Notes: generated by a model not told the origin, from the letters alone. Shown: positions 19,643 through 30,483, counted from the stretch's first letter. The stretch is 64,000 nt of DNA from an uncultured Syntrophomonadaceae bacterium (GCA_964623245.1 CAZUSS010000001.1:30821-94820), one strand, 5' to 3'. Numbers and translations: made by a program.

Positions 19643-21403
19643 CTATTTCTTTTGAATCTTAAGGTGCAATTCATTTAATTGTTTGGTAGTCACATCAGAA
19701 GGTGCTTCTGTCATTAAGCAATTTGCATTTTGTGTTTTAGGAAATGCTATAACATCTCTAATGCTAGCACGCTTGGACATTATCATTACTAACCTGTCAA
19801 CACCAAAGGCTATGCCCCCATGGGGTGGTGCCCCATATTCAAAAGCCCCTAACATATAACCGAACTTACTATTTACTTCGTTTTCGCTTAGGCCTAGTAC
19901 AGTAAACATTCTCTTTTGTAAATCCCTATCATGAATCCTTATACTGCCACCACCTATTTCTAAACCATTAAGAATTAAATCATAGGCCCTAGCCTTACAT
20001 TGGGCTGGGGATTTTTCTAATAAAGCAGTGTCTTCCTCTCTTGGGGCTGTAAAGGGGTGATGGACTGCAACATAACGCTTTTCCTCAGGATCAAATTCTA
20101 ATAAGGGAAAGTCTATAACCCAAGAAAAATTAAGCTCATTTTCGTCTATTATCTTTAATCTTTTGGCTAAATCCAGTCGTAAGAAACCTAGAACCCTAGC
20201 TACTATGTCTTCGCTGTCCGCACTAAATAATAGCAAATCACCTGCTTTAGCATCTAGGGCTTCTACGATGGAGGTAGTTTGCTCCGGGGTAAAAAATTTA
20301 ATTATAGGTGATTTCAATTCATCTTCTCCAACTACAATCCAGGCTAAGCCTTTAGCACCATTATCTATGGCAACTTTAGCTAAGTCGTCTATTTCCTTGC
20401 GGGTAAAAGATGCACATGTCCTAGCATTTAAACCCCTTACTACACCACCATTCTCAATGGCGGAAGAAAAGACCTTGAATTCAACTTCCTTTACAATCTC
20501 CGTAAGATCAACTATTTCCCAATCAAAACGTAGGTCTGGCCTATCTGAGCCATACTTTAACATAGCTTCATCATATCTTAATCTGGGGAAAGGTAGATTT
20601 ATATTTCGTCCCATAACTTCCTTAAATAACTTAAACATCATCTTTTCAATTAAGTCAAATACATCTTCCTCATCGACAAAAGACATTTCAATGTCTAGCT
20701 GGGTAAATTCTGGTTGGCGATCCGCCCTTAAATCCTCATCCCGAAAACATCTAGCTATCTGAAAGTACTTTTCTAGTCCTGAGACCATTAATAGTTGCTT
20801 AAAAATTTGCGGTGATTGGGGCAAGGCATAAAAGTCCCCGGGATGTACCCGACTAGGTACTAAGTAATCCCTAGCCCCTTCGGGGCTGCTTTTAGTTAGA
20901 ATAGGTGTTTCTATTTCCACAAAATCATTTTCCGCAAAATAATCCCTAATTGATTTGAGCACCTTATGGCGCAGTATCATATTGGCCTGCATCTCGGGTC
21001 TTCTTAAGTCTAAGTATCTATACTTAAGTCTAAGGCCTTCATCGACATCTATGCCATCTTCTATATAAAATGGCGGAGTTTTAGCCCGATTAAAAATCTT
21101 CATATCTTCAGCATATACTTCAATTTGTCCTGTTTTTAAATTGAGGTTGGCTGTTGCTTCTGGTCTAGCACTGACCTTTCCTTTTACTGCCACAACATAT
21201 TCACTTCTAACCTGCTCGGCTAAATTAAAGGATGCCAAGTCCACTTCAGGGCTAAAAACCACTTGTACTATCCCAGAACGGTCCCTTAAATCCACAAATA
21301 TTAAGCCCCCGTGATCTCTTCTAGTATCAACCCAACCGTTTAGAACTACCTCTTGCCCAATTATTTCAGAATTGAGTTCGGTAGCATTATGAGTCCTTTT
21401 CAT
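19643..21403 (-). CDS. aspS: aspartate--tRNA ligase
   Basis: Class IIb motifs (FQIARCFRDEDLRADRQPEFTQLD, GGGSIRIH, GIAFGVDR). 586 aa. Confidence 0.97.
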   Translation of the reverse strand: MKRTHNATELNSEIIGQEVVLNGWVDTRRDHGGLIFVDLRDRSGIVQVVFSPEVDLASFNLAEQVRSEYVVAVKGKVSARPEATANLNLKTGQIEVYAEDMKIFNRAKTPPFYIEDGIDVDEGLRLKYRYLDLRRPEMQANMILRHKVLKSIRDYFAENDFVEIETPILTKSSPEGARDYLVPSRVHPGDFYALPQSPQIFKQLLMVSGLEKYFQIARCFRDEDLRADRQPEFTQLDIEMSFVDEEDVFDLIEKMMFKLFKEVMGRNINLPFPRLRYDEAMLKYGSDRPDLRFDWEIVDLTEIVKEVEFKVFSSAIENGGVVRGLNARTCASFTRKEIDDLAKVAIDNGAKGLAWIVVGEDELKSPIIKFFTPEQTTSIVEALDAKAGDLLLFSADSEDIVARVLGFLRLDLAKRLKIIDENELNFSWVIDFPLLEFDPEEKRYVAVHHPFTAPREEDTALLEKSPAQCKARAYDLILNGLEIGGGSIRIHDRDLQKRMFTVLGLSENEVNSKFGYMLGAFEYGAPPHGGIAFGVDRLVMIMSKRASIRDVIAFPKTQNANCLMTEAPSDVTTKQLNELHLKIQKK

Positions 21404-21418
21404 CTAGCAAATATCCTC

Positions 21419-22687
21419 CTAACCTTTACCTAAAATATTTTTTATATGGTTTACAATATCTTGGCTTAACACTTGAGATTGTTCAGCTTTAGCCATATCG
21501 CGTACTGTAAAGTAATGGTTTTTAATTTCATCCTCACCTATAATGATAGTGACTTTCGCCCCTAATCTATTAGCATGTTTCATTTGGGCCCTCATACTAC
21601 GATCAGCATAATCCTTATCAGTCCTTATATTTGCACTACGTAATTGGCTGGTTAAGTGTCTAGCAAGATGATCATTTTCTGGATCAGAAACAATAATAAA
21701 TACATCTGTCAAGGAATCTTCTACTAGTTGCACATTTTTAGATTCTAAAGCCAGTAAAATTCTTTCCAGACCCAAGGCAAAGCCCACCCCTGGAACATCT
21801 GGACCACCACAGGCCTCGACTAGACCATTGTATCTGCCACCCCCGCCGATGGCACTTTGGGCACCGATCCCAGGAATATGTATTTCAAAGGCTGTGTTAG
21901 TATAATAATCTAAGCCCCGAACCAAATTATCATCATGTATATATTCAATATTATTATCGGTAATAGCTTGTTTAACGGTCTCATAATGAATTTTACAATC
22001 TTCACACAAGGAATCTATAATGGCGGGATAACCAGCAATTGCATTTTGACAAGACTCGATTTTACAATCTAGTACCCTTAGAGGGTTTTTATTATACCTG
22101 ACCTGACAATCCTGACATAGTTTTTCCCTAGTTGAGGTAATGTGTTTTATTAATTTATCACGATATATATGGCGGCATTCGGGACAACCAACAGAATTTA
22201 GATGCAGTTCATATTCATTTAATCCCAAACGCTTAAGAATATCCAGCAATAAAATAATTACTTCCGCATCCAAATAGGGGCTATTGCTACCAAATACCTC
22301 CACCCCGAATTGCGTAAACTGTCTATATCTAGCAGTCTGGGGACGATCATAACGAAACATAGGCCCCATATAGTACCACTTAACAGGCAAGGCCCCAGCA
22401 TATACACCATGCTCGATTAAGGCCCTAGCACAGGTAGCTGTCGCTTCTGGCCTTAAAGTTATACTTCGTCCAGCTTTATCTGTAAAAGTATACATCTCCT
22501 TAGACACGACATCGGTTGTTTCACCAACCCCCCTTTCAAACAATTCAGTATGCTCAAAAATGGGGGTTCTTATCTCATGATAGCCGTAAATCTCGGCTAC
22601 TGATGTCAATATATTCTCCATATAGTGCCATTTAAAAGAATCTGGTGGCAATATATCAATTGTACCCCTGGGGGCTTCTATGCGCAT
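21419..22687 (-). CDS. hisS: histidine--tRNA ligase
   Basis: MYTFTDKAGRSITLRPEATA and AIGGGGRYNGL motifs. Forms a hisS-aspS pair. Confidence 0.96.
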   Translation of the reverse strand: MRIEAPRGTIDILPPDSFKWHYMENILTSVAEIYGYHEIRTPIFEHTELFERGVGETTDVVSKEMYTFTDKAGRSITLRPEATATCARALIEHGVYAGALPVKWYYMGPMFRYDRPQTARYRQFTQFGVEVFGSNSPYLDAEVIILLLDILKRLGLNEYELHLNSVGCPECRHIYRDKLIKHITSTREKLCQDCQVRYNKNPLRVLDCKIESCQNAIAGYPAIIDSLCEDCKIHYETVKQAITDNNIEYIHDDNLVRGLDYYTNTAFEIHIPGIGAQSAIGGGGRYNGLVEACGGPDVPGVGFALGLERILLALESKNVQLVEDSLTDVFIIVSDPENDHLARHLTSQLRSANIRTDKDYADRSMRAQMKHANRLGAKVTIIIGEDEIKNHYFTVRDMAKAEQSQVLSQDIVNHIKNILGKG

Positions 22688-22724
22688 ATCTTCCCCTCCG
22701 AACTAAATTATTCCTGGGATAATT

Positions 22725-24200
22725 CTAATTTAAGCCCCTAAGCTTGTCAACTTTCCGAGCTACTAACCCTTCCATAGAATTAAAATAGGCTTGGGGTTCC
22801 TTAGGATTATAGATGGATTCCAAACTCCAATCCGAAGGATTTACGAACTTACTAGCAGCTCCACCCCCAAATCCAATTATAGTTTGCTTTTCCTCAATCA
22901 TTAAAATATTATAAAGACAAAAATTGTTCGGTAGCGAATAGCCTAGATTTTCCATATCCCCCCGCATGTATTTTTGCCTATATAGATAATAAGGTATATA
23001 GCCCGCCTCGGCTAAAAGATCATGAAAATACTTTACCCCCATCTCCACTTCCCTTATTCTCATTTCCATTCTATTTCTTTCATTCTCTGCCATAGCAGAG
23101 CCTTTTTTCAGGGCTAAAGTATGTACAGTTATGTTTTCTGGGATGACTTCTAATATCCTTTTGGCCGTAAGCTCAAATTCCTTTTTGCTTTCCTCAAATA
23201 AGCCTACAATAATATCCATATTAATGATGTCAATACCTGCTATGCGCGCATTCTCTACGGCATCCAAGGTTTCTTGGCTTGTGTGTTCCCTGCCAATTTG
23301 TTTTAAGGTATGGTCATTCATAGTCTGGGGATTAATGCAAACCCTATTTACACCACCATCTTTCAAAATCATAAGTTTAGATAGGTTCAAGGTATCAGGT
23401 CTCCCTGCCTCTACGGTAAATTCCTTAGTAGCATCCGATTTTAAATAATGATTAACTACATCTAGTAGATTGGCTAGATCTGATTCCTTTAGAATCGTAG
23501 GGGTCCCACCACCGATATAGATCGTTTCTACTTGAATGTGATTAGCTTTTAAATAAGAGCTGATCTGTTTAATCTCAGTATATAAAACCTCTAAAAAGGA
23601 AGGTAGCTCTTGGGCATAATTCCTTAATACCTGTCCTGGAAATGAACAATAATAGCAACGGCTAGGACAATAAGGTATGCCAATATATACACTTATTAAT
23701 TCGGCTTTTGCAGCTTTAGCTGGTAGATAAAGACGATTATTATAAGCAACCCTAGTTAACAGGTTCGCTTTATCGGGGTGTAAATAAAATTCTTTTTCTA
23801 AGGTTAGCTTAATTTCATTTGCTGTATAGTCAGCATCTAGGAGGCGGTGTACTAATTTGAGGGGTCTGACCCCAGTCAGGACTCCATAAGTACTAATGGG
23901 TTTTCTTTGATGCTTGCTTAATAAAGTAAAACAGAACCTACGCATATCCCTATTTATTTGATTATGTTGATCATCTTTAGCCAGAGTATATACCTTCTTA
24001 AGAGTAGTTGGGACAAAGTTGCTTATTATTAAGCCTTCCATAATCAACTTGTCATTTTCTACGCTGGCATGCATTTCAATATGCAAATCAGAATTCATAT
24101 TTTTCCCCTTATGCAAAATGCAAGCGGGAAAAGCCAATCTAATTAATTCGTGAACCACCCTATACAAATAGTCAGAGCTAAAATTATAGCTTATTAACAT
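22725..24200 (-). CDS. hemZ: HemN-like radical SAM protein, HemZ subfamily (oxygen-independent coproporphyrinogen oxidase-like)
   Basis: Radical SAM CPSRCYYC (CX3CX2C), ~490 aa, with the long N-terminal extension typical of HemZ. Confidence 0.75.
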   Translation of the reverse strand: MLISYNFSSDYLYRVVHELIRLAFPACILHKGKNMNSDLHIEMHASVENDKLIMEGLIISNFVPTTLKKVYTLAKDDQHNQINRDMRRFCFTLLSKHQRKPISTYGVLTGVRPLKLVHRLLDADYTANEIKLTLEKEFYLHPDKANLLTRVAYNNRLYLPAKAAKAELISVYIGIPYCPSRCYYCSFPGQVLRNYAQELPSFLEVLYTEIKQISSYLKANHIQVETIYIGGGTPTILKESDLANLLDVVNHYLKSDATKEFTVEAGRPDTLNLSKLMILKDGGVNRVCINPQTMNDHTLKQIGREHTSQETLDAVENARIAGIDIINMDIIVGLFEESKKEFELTAKRILEVIPENITVHTLALKKGSAMAENERNRMEMRIREVEMGVKYFHDLLAEAGYIPYYLYRQKYMRGDMENLGYSLPNNFCLYNILMIEEKQTIIGFGGGAASKFVNPSDWSLESIYNPKEPQAYFNSMEGLVARKVDKLRGLN

Positions 24201-24225
24201 AGTAATCCCACCAATATTAAAAGAA

Positions 24226-24264
24226 TTAAAAAATCTCTCATCCCTAGTATAAGGATGAGAGATT
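24226..24264 (-). terminator. rho-independent terminator after the MBL hydrolase gene
   Basis: Minus strand AATCTCTCATCC-TTATACTAG-GGATGAGAGATT followed by TTTTAATTC. Confidence 0.7.
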
Positions 24265-24291
24265 CATATATATAATTATACATCTTTTATT

Positions 24292-24906
24292 TTATAAAAA
24301 AGGATTGTTTTTACGTTCAAAACCTATTTGGGTAGCAGGACCATGTCCGGGATAACATACTACATCATCATCATAAATTAGGAGCTTTTCCTTGATATTT
24401 TTAATTAGTTGCTTATGGGAGCCCCCTGGGAAATCAGTCCGACCAATAGACATCTGAAATAGTGTATCCCCTACAAAAATTATGTCCCCCGTTTTCAAAC
24501 ATACTCCACCAGGACTGTGCCCAGGTGTATGTATAACTTCTAGTTCAACCGTATTGCCGATTTTTATTATATCGCCTTCTTTAATGAATTCATCTGCAGG
24601 TGGACTAGTTACTTTGGTCCCCATTAAAAAAGAAAAATTAGCTACTGAGCTAGTAAGCATTTTAGCATCAGCTTCATGGATAAGGATTTTGGCTCCTGTG
24701 GCTTGTTGGACCCCCCTATTCCCACCAATATGGTCAATATGTCCATGAGTATTAATAATATAAATAGCTTTTAGGCCTTCTTCCTCTAACAAATTAATTA
24801 TGCCTGGGGCATTGCCAGCTGGATCTATTACAGCTACTTCTTTAGTTTCTTCACAACCAACTATATAGCAATTTGTTCCCCTGATATCTATGCCTTTTAG
24901 GATCAT
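24292..24906 (-). CDS. metallo-beta-lactamase fold hydrolase (glyoxalase II-like)
   Basis: THGHIDHIGG zinc motif. ~200 aa. Confidence 0.85.
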   Translation of the reverse strand: MILKGIDIRGTNCYIVGCEETKEVAVIDPAGNAPGIINLLEEEGLKAIYIINTHGHIDHIGGNRGVQQATGAKILIHEADAKMLTSSVANFSFLMGTKVTSPPADEFIKEGDIIKIGNTVELEVIHTPGHSPGGVCLKTGDIIFVGDTLFQMSIGRTDFPGGSHKQLIKNIKEKLLIYDDDVVCYPGHGPATQIGFERKNNPFL

Positions 24907-24922
24907 TGCAGCACATCCTTTA

Positions 24923-25372
24923 CTAAATTATTTTTTCGCTATCAAGTAATATAGTACAAGGGCCATCATTAATAATATTAATTTGCATATCGGCCCCAAA
25001 TATTCCTACTTTTGTCTCGACACCACATAGTTTAGCATAATCTGCACTATAATTAAATAAGGGTTCAGCCAATTCCGGTAACTCTGCATTGGTAAAACTA
25101 GGTCTGCGGCCCTTTCTAACATCACCGTATAAAGTAAATTGACTAACCAAAAGTAATTCGCCTTTTATATCTAACAAGGAAAGATTCATTTTCCCCATAT
25201 CATCAGCAAAAATTCTTAAATTAATAATCTTATCGATTAAATACCTAGCATCACTTTCACTATCCCCTTGCTTAATGCCTAGAAGCACCATTAAGCCTTG
25301 GTCTATAGCTGCAACTACTTCATTAGCAACCACTACTGAACTGCTAGCAGTTCTCTGTACAATAGCCCGCAA
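24923..25372 (-). CDS. dtd: D-aminoacyl-tRNA deacylase
   Basis: SQFTLYGD and NDGPCT (GP motif). 149 aa, directly after relA. Confidence 0.95.
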   Translation of the reverse strand: MRAIVQRTASSSVVVANEVVAAIDQGLMVLLGIKQGDSESDARYLIDKIINLRIFADDMGKMNLSLLDIKGELLLVSQFTLYGDVRKGRRPSFTNAELPELAEPLFNYSADYAKLCGVETKVGIFGADMQINIINDGPCTILLDSEKII

Positions 25373-25374
25373 AA

Positions 25375-27579
25375 TTACTCACTCCTAGCCTCACCAGGCA
25401 AAACCCGCTTAACATCTAATACATCCTTAACTGTCTTGATTCTTTGCATAACCGCATAAAGCTTATCCATGTCCTTAATTTCTAATTTGAAATTCATGAT
25501 AGCTATCTGCCCTCTGGTAGCCCTAGAATAAACAGAATTAATCTGAATTCTAGTATCTGCTATGACATTCATAACATCCGTAGTTAATCTAGGTCGATCA
25601 ATGGCCTTGACTTCTATCTCTACGTTATATACCCCTTTATCGTCTGACCATTCCACTTCTATTAATCTTTCCCGCTCATTTTTCAAATAATTGAGTAAAT
25701 TAGGACAATCTTGACGGTGTACCGATATACCCCGCCCCCTAGTAATATAACCCATAACTGCATCACCAGGTAGTGGATTACAACACCTAGCCAGCCGGGT
25801 AGCCACATCATCTACCCCCCTAATTTTTATAGCCGCTGAACTAGTATCCTGATCAGAATAAATAACATTTTGATTAATAGGAATATCGGAAATATCCTCC
25901 ACATTAGTATCCTGGAAAAACACTTCCTTTTGTTTATTAATTACCTGATTAATCCCCAGAACTCCATCACCAATAGCAGCATACAAATCATCCGTAGATT
26001 TCAGGCTAAACTTTTTAACAATCTCCATTAACTTATCTTCCCTAAGTAAGTCCCGGGGATCAAAATGGAGTTTTTTCAACTCTCGTTCCAACATGTCCCG
26101 GCCTTTGATAATGTTACTTTCCCTTTTTTCCCGCCTAAACCATTGCTTAATCCTACTTTTGGCTGAAGAGGTTGTGACAAAGTTAAGCCAATCACGGGTG
26201 GGTCCAGGTGAATTCTTGGCGGTAATTATTTCTACTATATCACTATTTTCTAACTCGTAATCCAAAGGAACTATCCTACCATTTACTTTCGCACCTACAC
26301 ATTTATGGCCTACTTCAGTATGAATTCGGTAGGCGAAGTCTACTGGACAGGCACCTTTGGGCAGTTCTATGACTTTACCCTTAGGTGTAAATACAAAGAC
26401 TGTATCATCAAACAAATCTATTTTCAGCGACTCCATAAATTCATTAGTATCTTTAATATCTTGTTGCCACTCTAACATTTGTCTTAACCAAGATAATTTT
26501 TCATCGAATTTTTTTTCTTTGGGGCTAGAACCCTCTTTATAGCGCCAATGAGCAGCAATCCCATATTCCGAAGTGCGATGCATTTCCCAGGTCCTTATCT
26601 GTACCTCAAAAGGTTCCCCACCCTTACCAATTAGGGTAGTATGTAATGATTGGTACATGTTGGGTTTAGGTGTGGCAATATAATCTTTAAAGCGACCAGG
26701 AAGTGGTTTCCACATAGTATGAATAATGCCCAAGACCCCATAGCACTCCCTGACTTCATCAACAATTACCCGGATAGCTATCTTGTCATATATTTCATCG
26801 ATATCCACCTGCTGTTGAATCATCTTTTTGTAAATACTGTAAATGTTCTTGGGCCTGCCTGCAATATCAGCAGTAAGTCCAATCTGATCAATCCCATGTT
26901 TAATTTGTTCTATTAATTCATGGACATATTCTTCCCTTTCTTTCCTTTTTTGCTTTAGGCGTTTGGCCACCTCATAATATATTTCCGTATTCAAATAATA
27001 AAAAGCTAAATCCTCTAATTCCCATTTATACATAAAAATACCCAAACGGTGAGCTAAAGGAACAAATATCTCCATTGTCTCCTGGGCAATTTCTTTTTGC
27101 TTATTTTCATTTTGAAATTGCAAAGTTCTCATATTGTGCAATCTATCAGCCAATTTAATAATAATAACTCGTATGTCTTTGGCCATGGCCAAAAACATTT
27201 TTCTTAGGTTTTCAACCTGGGCATCTTCCTTAGACTGAAAATCAATACGGCTCAGTTTAGTAACCCCATCCACCAATAGCCCGATTTCCTCCCCAAATTC
27301 AGCCTCTAAGGTCTCTTGGCTAACTGAGGTGTCCTCTACGACATCATGTAAAAGGGCAGCACAAAGTGTAGGTACATCTAACTCTAATTCAGTTAAAATC
27401 AGAGCAACGGCTAAGGGGTGTTGGATATAGGGCTCACCTGATATCCTTTTTTGACCGTGGTGCGCTAATCTGGCAAAATTGTATGCTTTTTCTAATAGAT
27501 TAATATCAGCACCCGGATCATATTCAGTTACTCGCCCAAATAGCTGGTTAATATTTATTTCCCTCACCATTTTAGCCAT
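25375..27579 (-). CDS. relA: bifunctional (p)ppGpp synthetase/hydrolase (RelA/SpoT homolog)
   Basis: HD hydrolase (HDVVEDT), synthetase (YQSLHTT), then TGS and a C-terminal ACT. The start overlaps the recJ stop by 8 nt. Confidence 0.96.
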   Translation of the reverse strand: MAKMVREININQLFGRVTEYDPGADINLLEKAYNFARLAHHGQKRISGEPYIQHPLAVALILTELELDVPTLCAALLHDVVEDTSVSQETLEAEFGEEIGLLVDGVTKLSRIDFQSKEDAQVENLRKMFLAMAKDIRVIIIKLADRLHNMRTLQFQNENKQKEIAQETMEIFVPLAHRLGIFMYKWELEDLAFYYLNTEIYYEVAKRLKQKRKEREEYVHELIEQIKHGIDQIGLTADIAGRPKNIYSIYKKMIQQQVDIDEIYDKIAIRVIVDEVRECYGVLGIIHTMWKPLPGRFKDYIATPKPNMYQSLHTTLIGKGGEPFEVQIRTWEMHRTSEYGIAAHWRYKEGSSPKEKKFDEKLSWLRQMLEWQQDIKDTNEFMESLKIDLFDDTVFVFTPKGKVIELPKGACPVDFAYRIHTEVGHKCVGAKVNGRIVPLDYELENSDIVEIITAKNSPGPTRDWLNFVTTSSAKSRIKQWFRREKRESNIIKGRDMLERELKKLHFDPRDLLREDKLMEIVKKFSLKSTDDLYAAIGDGVLGINQVINKQKEVFFQDTNVEDISDIPINQNVIYSDQDTSSAAIKIRGVDDVATRLARCCNPLPGDAVMGYITRGRGISVHRQDCPNLLNYLKNERERLIEVEWSDDKGVYNVEIEVKAIDRPRLTTDVMNVIADTRIQINSVYSRATRGQIAIMNFKLEIKDMDKLYAVMQRIKTVKDVLDVKRVLPGEARSE

Positions 27580-30370
27580 TTGTAATCATCTTCTCCCATT
27601 CTATAAAAGCTGTCTTTTCAGCTATTCCTTCCAAGTAATAAGGTGAATTAGAAATGTTTAATTTTTGGTTAGTTACCCTAAGAAATTTTATTTCAATGGT
27701 ACTAGCCTGATTTTTTATTTCACATAGACCTAGGTCTGCCAATATCCACAATACAGGTAATATGTTGAAATCGCTAGAATTTTTATTTATAAAGTTGGCT
27801 ACCTTTAAATTTAAATCATTAATATCACATCTAAGTCTTTTAGTCTGTAACTTTCTGAAATAGTTTAAAACTTGTTTGACTATATCGATATTAGGGTAAT
27901 TTTGGGCTAAATATTTTTTATTACTTTCAATATTAGCCTTATCAAACAGGCTTATCAACTTTATTTCTTCAGTAGCATTAATTTGATACATAGCGAGCAG
28001 ACCCTCGTAGTAACTAAAAGGTACATCAGCCAAAAGCATTTTATCTATATTTTCTATAGCACTATCATAAAAGTCGTAGTTAGCATCAAGTAGTAAATAG
28101 GCTTGGGTAGAATCATTAAATTCTTGTCTTAAGCTCCTACGTCTACGATAATCATCCTGCCCTGCTAAAACGAATGTGTTTTCTAGTTTATTTTCTAAAT
28201 CTCTGATAGTAGCCGGACGGTTAGTATAGACTACAGCCCGTTTTTCTTCCCTTATATCTATTTCCTCCTTGATGATATTGATTTGCTTAGGTTCAAAAAG
28301 ATAGTTGACTTCTACCCCATCTGATGCCACTAAAGAAGCCGATAAATCTGGCCAAATGTCCACCACATATTTCAAGTAAGCCGGCAAGTTATTATGCAAT
28401 AAAAAGTAGTCCAAATAGGAGCTAGTAAGTAAATAAATGCCTAATTTGCCTTCCTTCCATTCCTTAAGCACCCGATTGCGATTTTCTATATAAATATTAC
28501 CATGCAACCTTTTAATTAAACCGGGATGAAACATTTTACTTAAATCAATATAATGTTTCATCAAGGTGCGACTAGTTGGATAAATTAATGTAACTGGGCG
28601 TCCAGTTTCCAATTCACTTATAATTTTATCTATTATTGCTTGGGTTTTTTTAAAATCCTTCAGCAAGTTGGGGTCATCTGGAATAAGTGTTGGTTTAATA
28701 TTTCTAATCCTAAGTTGTATTTTCTTTTGGCCCAAAAATTCATTTTCTGCTAGGTTAAAGGCCATATCATATTTTAATAATTCTAAAGGTTGCTCCATAT
28801 AATGTGGCCCATTAAAGGCTATGGCATCAAGTGAACCCGGCCACACTTGGCATTTAAAGTGTTCCTTGTTTTTACCTACTAAGGTAGGATTGATTATTTC
28901 TAGATTTCTAGTCAAAAACATAGGCAGGGGATTTCCTTCCCCAAAAGGTTCCAGTAATTTTATTTCCTCCATTAACTTCTGATTAAGGTCGTTTATATCC
29001 AATTCCAAGTCTATAATTTCCGGCTTAATACTGGGTTTCTCTTCTTGCAACTGATTGTAGTAAGTTAATAAGCCCCTTTTGAAATTAGCAAAATTATTTT
29101 TATGCAGACTTAAGCCAGCCGCCAATTTATGCCCGCCAAATTGGTCTAGACATTCCCGGTTAGCAGTTAGGGCTTGGTACAAATCAAAATTCCCCGTGCT
29201 ACGGCCCGAGCCTCTCCCTAAGTCACCTTCCCAGGATATTATGATTACAGGGCGATCGTACCTATCCACTAAACGAGAAGCTACTATTCCAATTACACCC
29301 TGATGCCAGTTGTCCCCTGCTAGAACTAAAATCTTTTCCTGGACCAAATCAAGCTTAGTTTCTATATATAGGATAGTTTCCTTTAGGATCCTATCTTCTA
29401 CACTCCTGCGTTGATTGTTTAAGTCAGATAGTTTCTGGGCTAGTTTAACCGCTAGCTGATAGTCTCTAGTTTGCAACAAGTCGATAGCTAGGTCAGCTGA
29501 ATCCATCCTTCCTGCAGCATTCAAACGGGGGGCTAAAATAAAACCAATATACCAAACAGATATTGTCTTATCACTAAGATTAGCTGCCGATAATAAGGCT
29601 TTTAGCCCTATCCGGGAGCTATCCTTTATTTTTTTCATGCCATATTTAAGAAAAATCCTATTATCACCTTTTAAGGCTACTATGTCGGCTACCGTAGCTA
29701 AGGCAACTAAATCTAACCAAATGCCATTATTATGGGGTTCAATATGGGGATTTAATGCTAGCGCTAAATAATATGCTATACCAGCACCACACAAATCCTG
29801 GTTTCTTTCCTTATTGTCTAATTTGGGGTTAATTATGGCCTCGGCAGGAGGAAGCTCTGTACCAGGATTATGATGATCGGTAATTATAAAATCTAGGCCT
29901 AGACTCCGGGCTAATTCAACTTCCTTTATAGAGCTTATGCCACAATCTACCGTAATTACTAAATCATATCCTCTAGTAGCTATATCCTTTACGGCTGCGA
30001 TATTCAATCCATAGCCTTCACTAAATCTATCCGGTACATAATAGTCAGCATCTAAACCTAGCATCTGCAAAGACTCTAATAAAATTACGGTGCTACATAC
30101 CCCATCAACATCATAATCCCCGTAAATTAAAACCTTTTGACTATCAGCAATTGCCCTTTTAATCCTGGCTACTGCCCTATTCATACCGCTAAGGTCATAG
30201 GGAGCTGATAAATCATATAAATTGCCATATAAGTAATCTTTAACTTTACCCTCGGTATCAATTCCCCTTTGAATAAGTAATTTAAGCAAAGGTGGTGAGA
30301 TGTCTAATTTACTTTCTAGTAATTTATAAGTATCAAGATCATAATCTTTAATTTCCCAAACAATTTCCAC
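27572..30370 (-). CDS. recJ: single-stranded-DNA-specific exonuclease RecJ with a long C-terminal extension
   Basis: DHH motifs (GDYDVDG, ITDHH), DHHA1 (FGGHKLAAG) and an OB region to about aa 560. An unassigned 372-aa tail follows. GTG start with GGGGG RBS. Confidence 0.9.
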   Translation of the reverse strand: MEIVWEIKDYDLDTYKLLESKLDISPPLLKLLIQRGIDTEGKVKDYLYGNLYDLSAPYDLSGMNRAVARIKRAIADSQKVLIYGDYDVDGVCSTVILLESLQMLGLDADYYVPDRFSEGYGLNIAAVKDIATRGYDLVITVDCGISSIKEVELARSLGLDFIITDHHNPGTELPPAEAIINPKLDNKERNQDLCGAGIAYYLALALNPHIEPHNNGIWLDLVALATVADIVALKGDNRIFLKYGMKKIKDSSRIGLKALLSAANLSDKTISVWYIGFILAPRLNAAGRMDSADLAIDLLQTRDYQLAVKLAQKLSDLNNQRRSVEDRILKETILYIETKLDLVQEKILVLAGDNWHQGVIGIVASRLVDRYDRPVIIISWEGDLGRGSGRSTGNFDLYQALTANRECLDQFGGHKLAAGLSLHKNNFANFKRGLLTYYNQLQEEKPSIKPEIIDLELDINDLNQKLMEEIKLLEPFGEGNPLPMFLTRNLEIINPTLVGKNKEHFKCQVWPGSLDAIAFNGPHYMEQPLELLKYDMAFNLAENEFLGQKKIQLRIRNIKPTLIPDDPNLLKDFKKTQAIIDKIISELETGRPVTLIYPTSRTLMKHYIDLSKMFHPGLIKRLHGNIYIENRNRVLKEWKEGKLGIYLLTSSYLDYFLLHNNLPAYLKYVVDIWPDLSASLVASDGVEVNYLFEPKQINIIKEEIDIREEKRAVVYTNRPATIRDLENKLENTFVLAGQDDYRRRRSLRQEFNDSTQAYLLLDANYDFYDSAIENIDKMLLADVPFSYYEGLLAMYQINATEEIKLISLFDKANIESNKKYLAQNYPNIDIVKQVLNYFRKLQTKRLRCDINDLNLKVANFINKNSSDFNILPVLWILADLGLCEIKNQASTIEIKFLRVTNQKLNISNSPYYLEGIAEKTAFIEWEKMITNG

Positions 30371-30483
30371 AAAATTTCCCCCAATTTATACAAAGCTCCT
30401 TATATTCTATATATTATAGACTATAAGGAGAAGGTTTTTAACCTGTCGCCATAACAGCTTGTTGACCTATGAAAAACAATCTA

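Noticed and set aside
20163-20762. Long antisense ORFs inside real genes: 199 aa in aspS, 166 aa at 11336-11836 opposite mraZ, 186 aa at 48360-48920 opposite pta, 152 aa at 40072-40530 opposite smc, and 150 aa at 14647-15099.
   Set aside because: They are low-complexity, S/L/P/T-rich shadow frames of strongly supported genes. They lack RBSs and recognisable motifs. This is a typical codon-bias artefact.
22688-22724. Expected a T-box leader upstream of hisS-aspS, as in B. subtilis.
   Set aside because: Only 37 nt separate hemZ from hisS, which is too short for a T-box. The larger 303-nt gap lies downstream of aspS and is better explained as 6S RNA.
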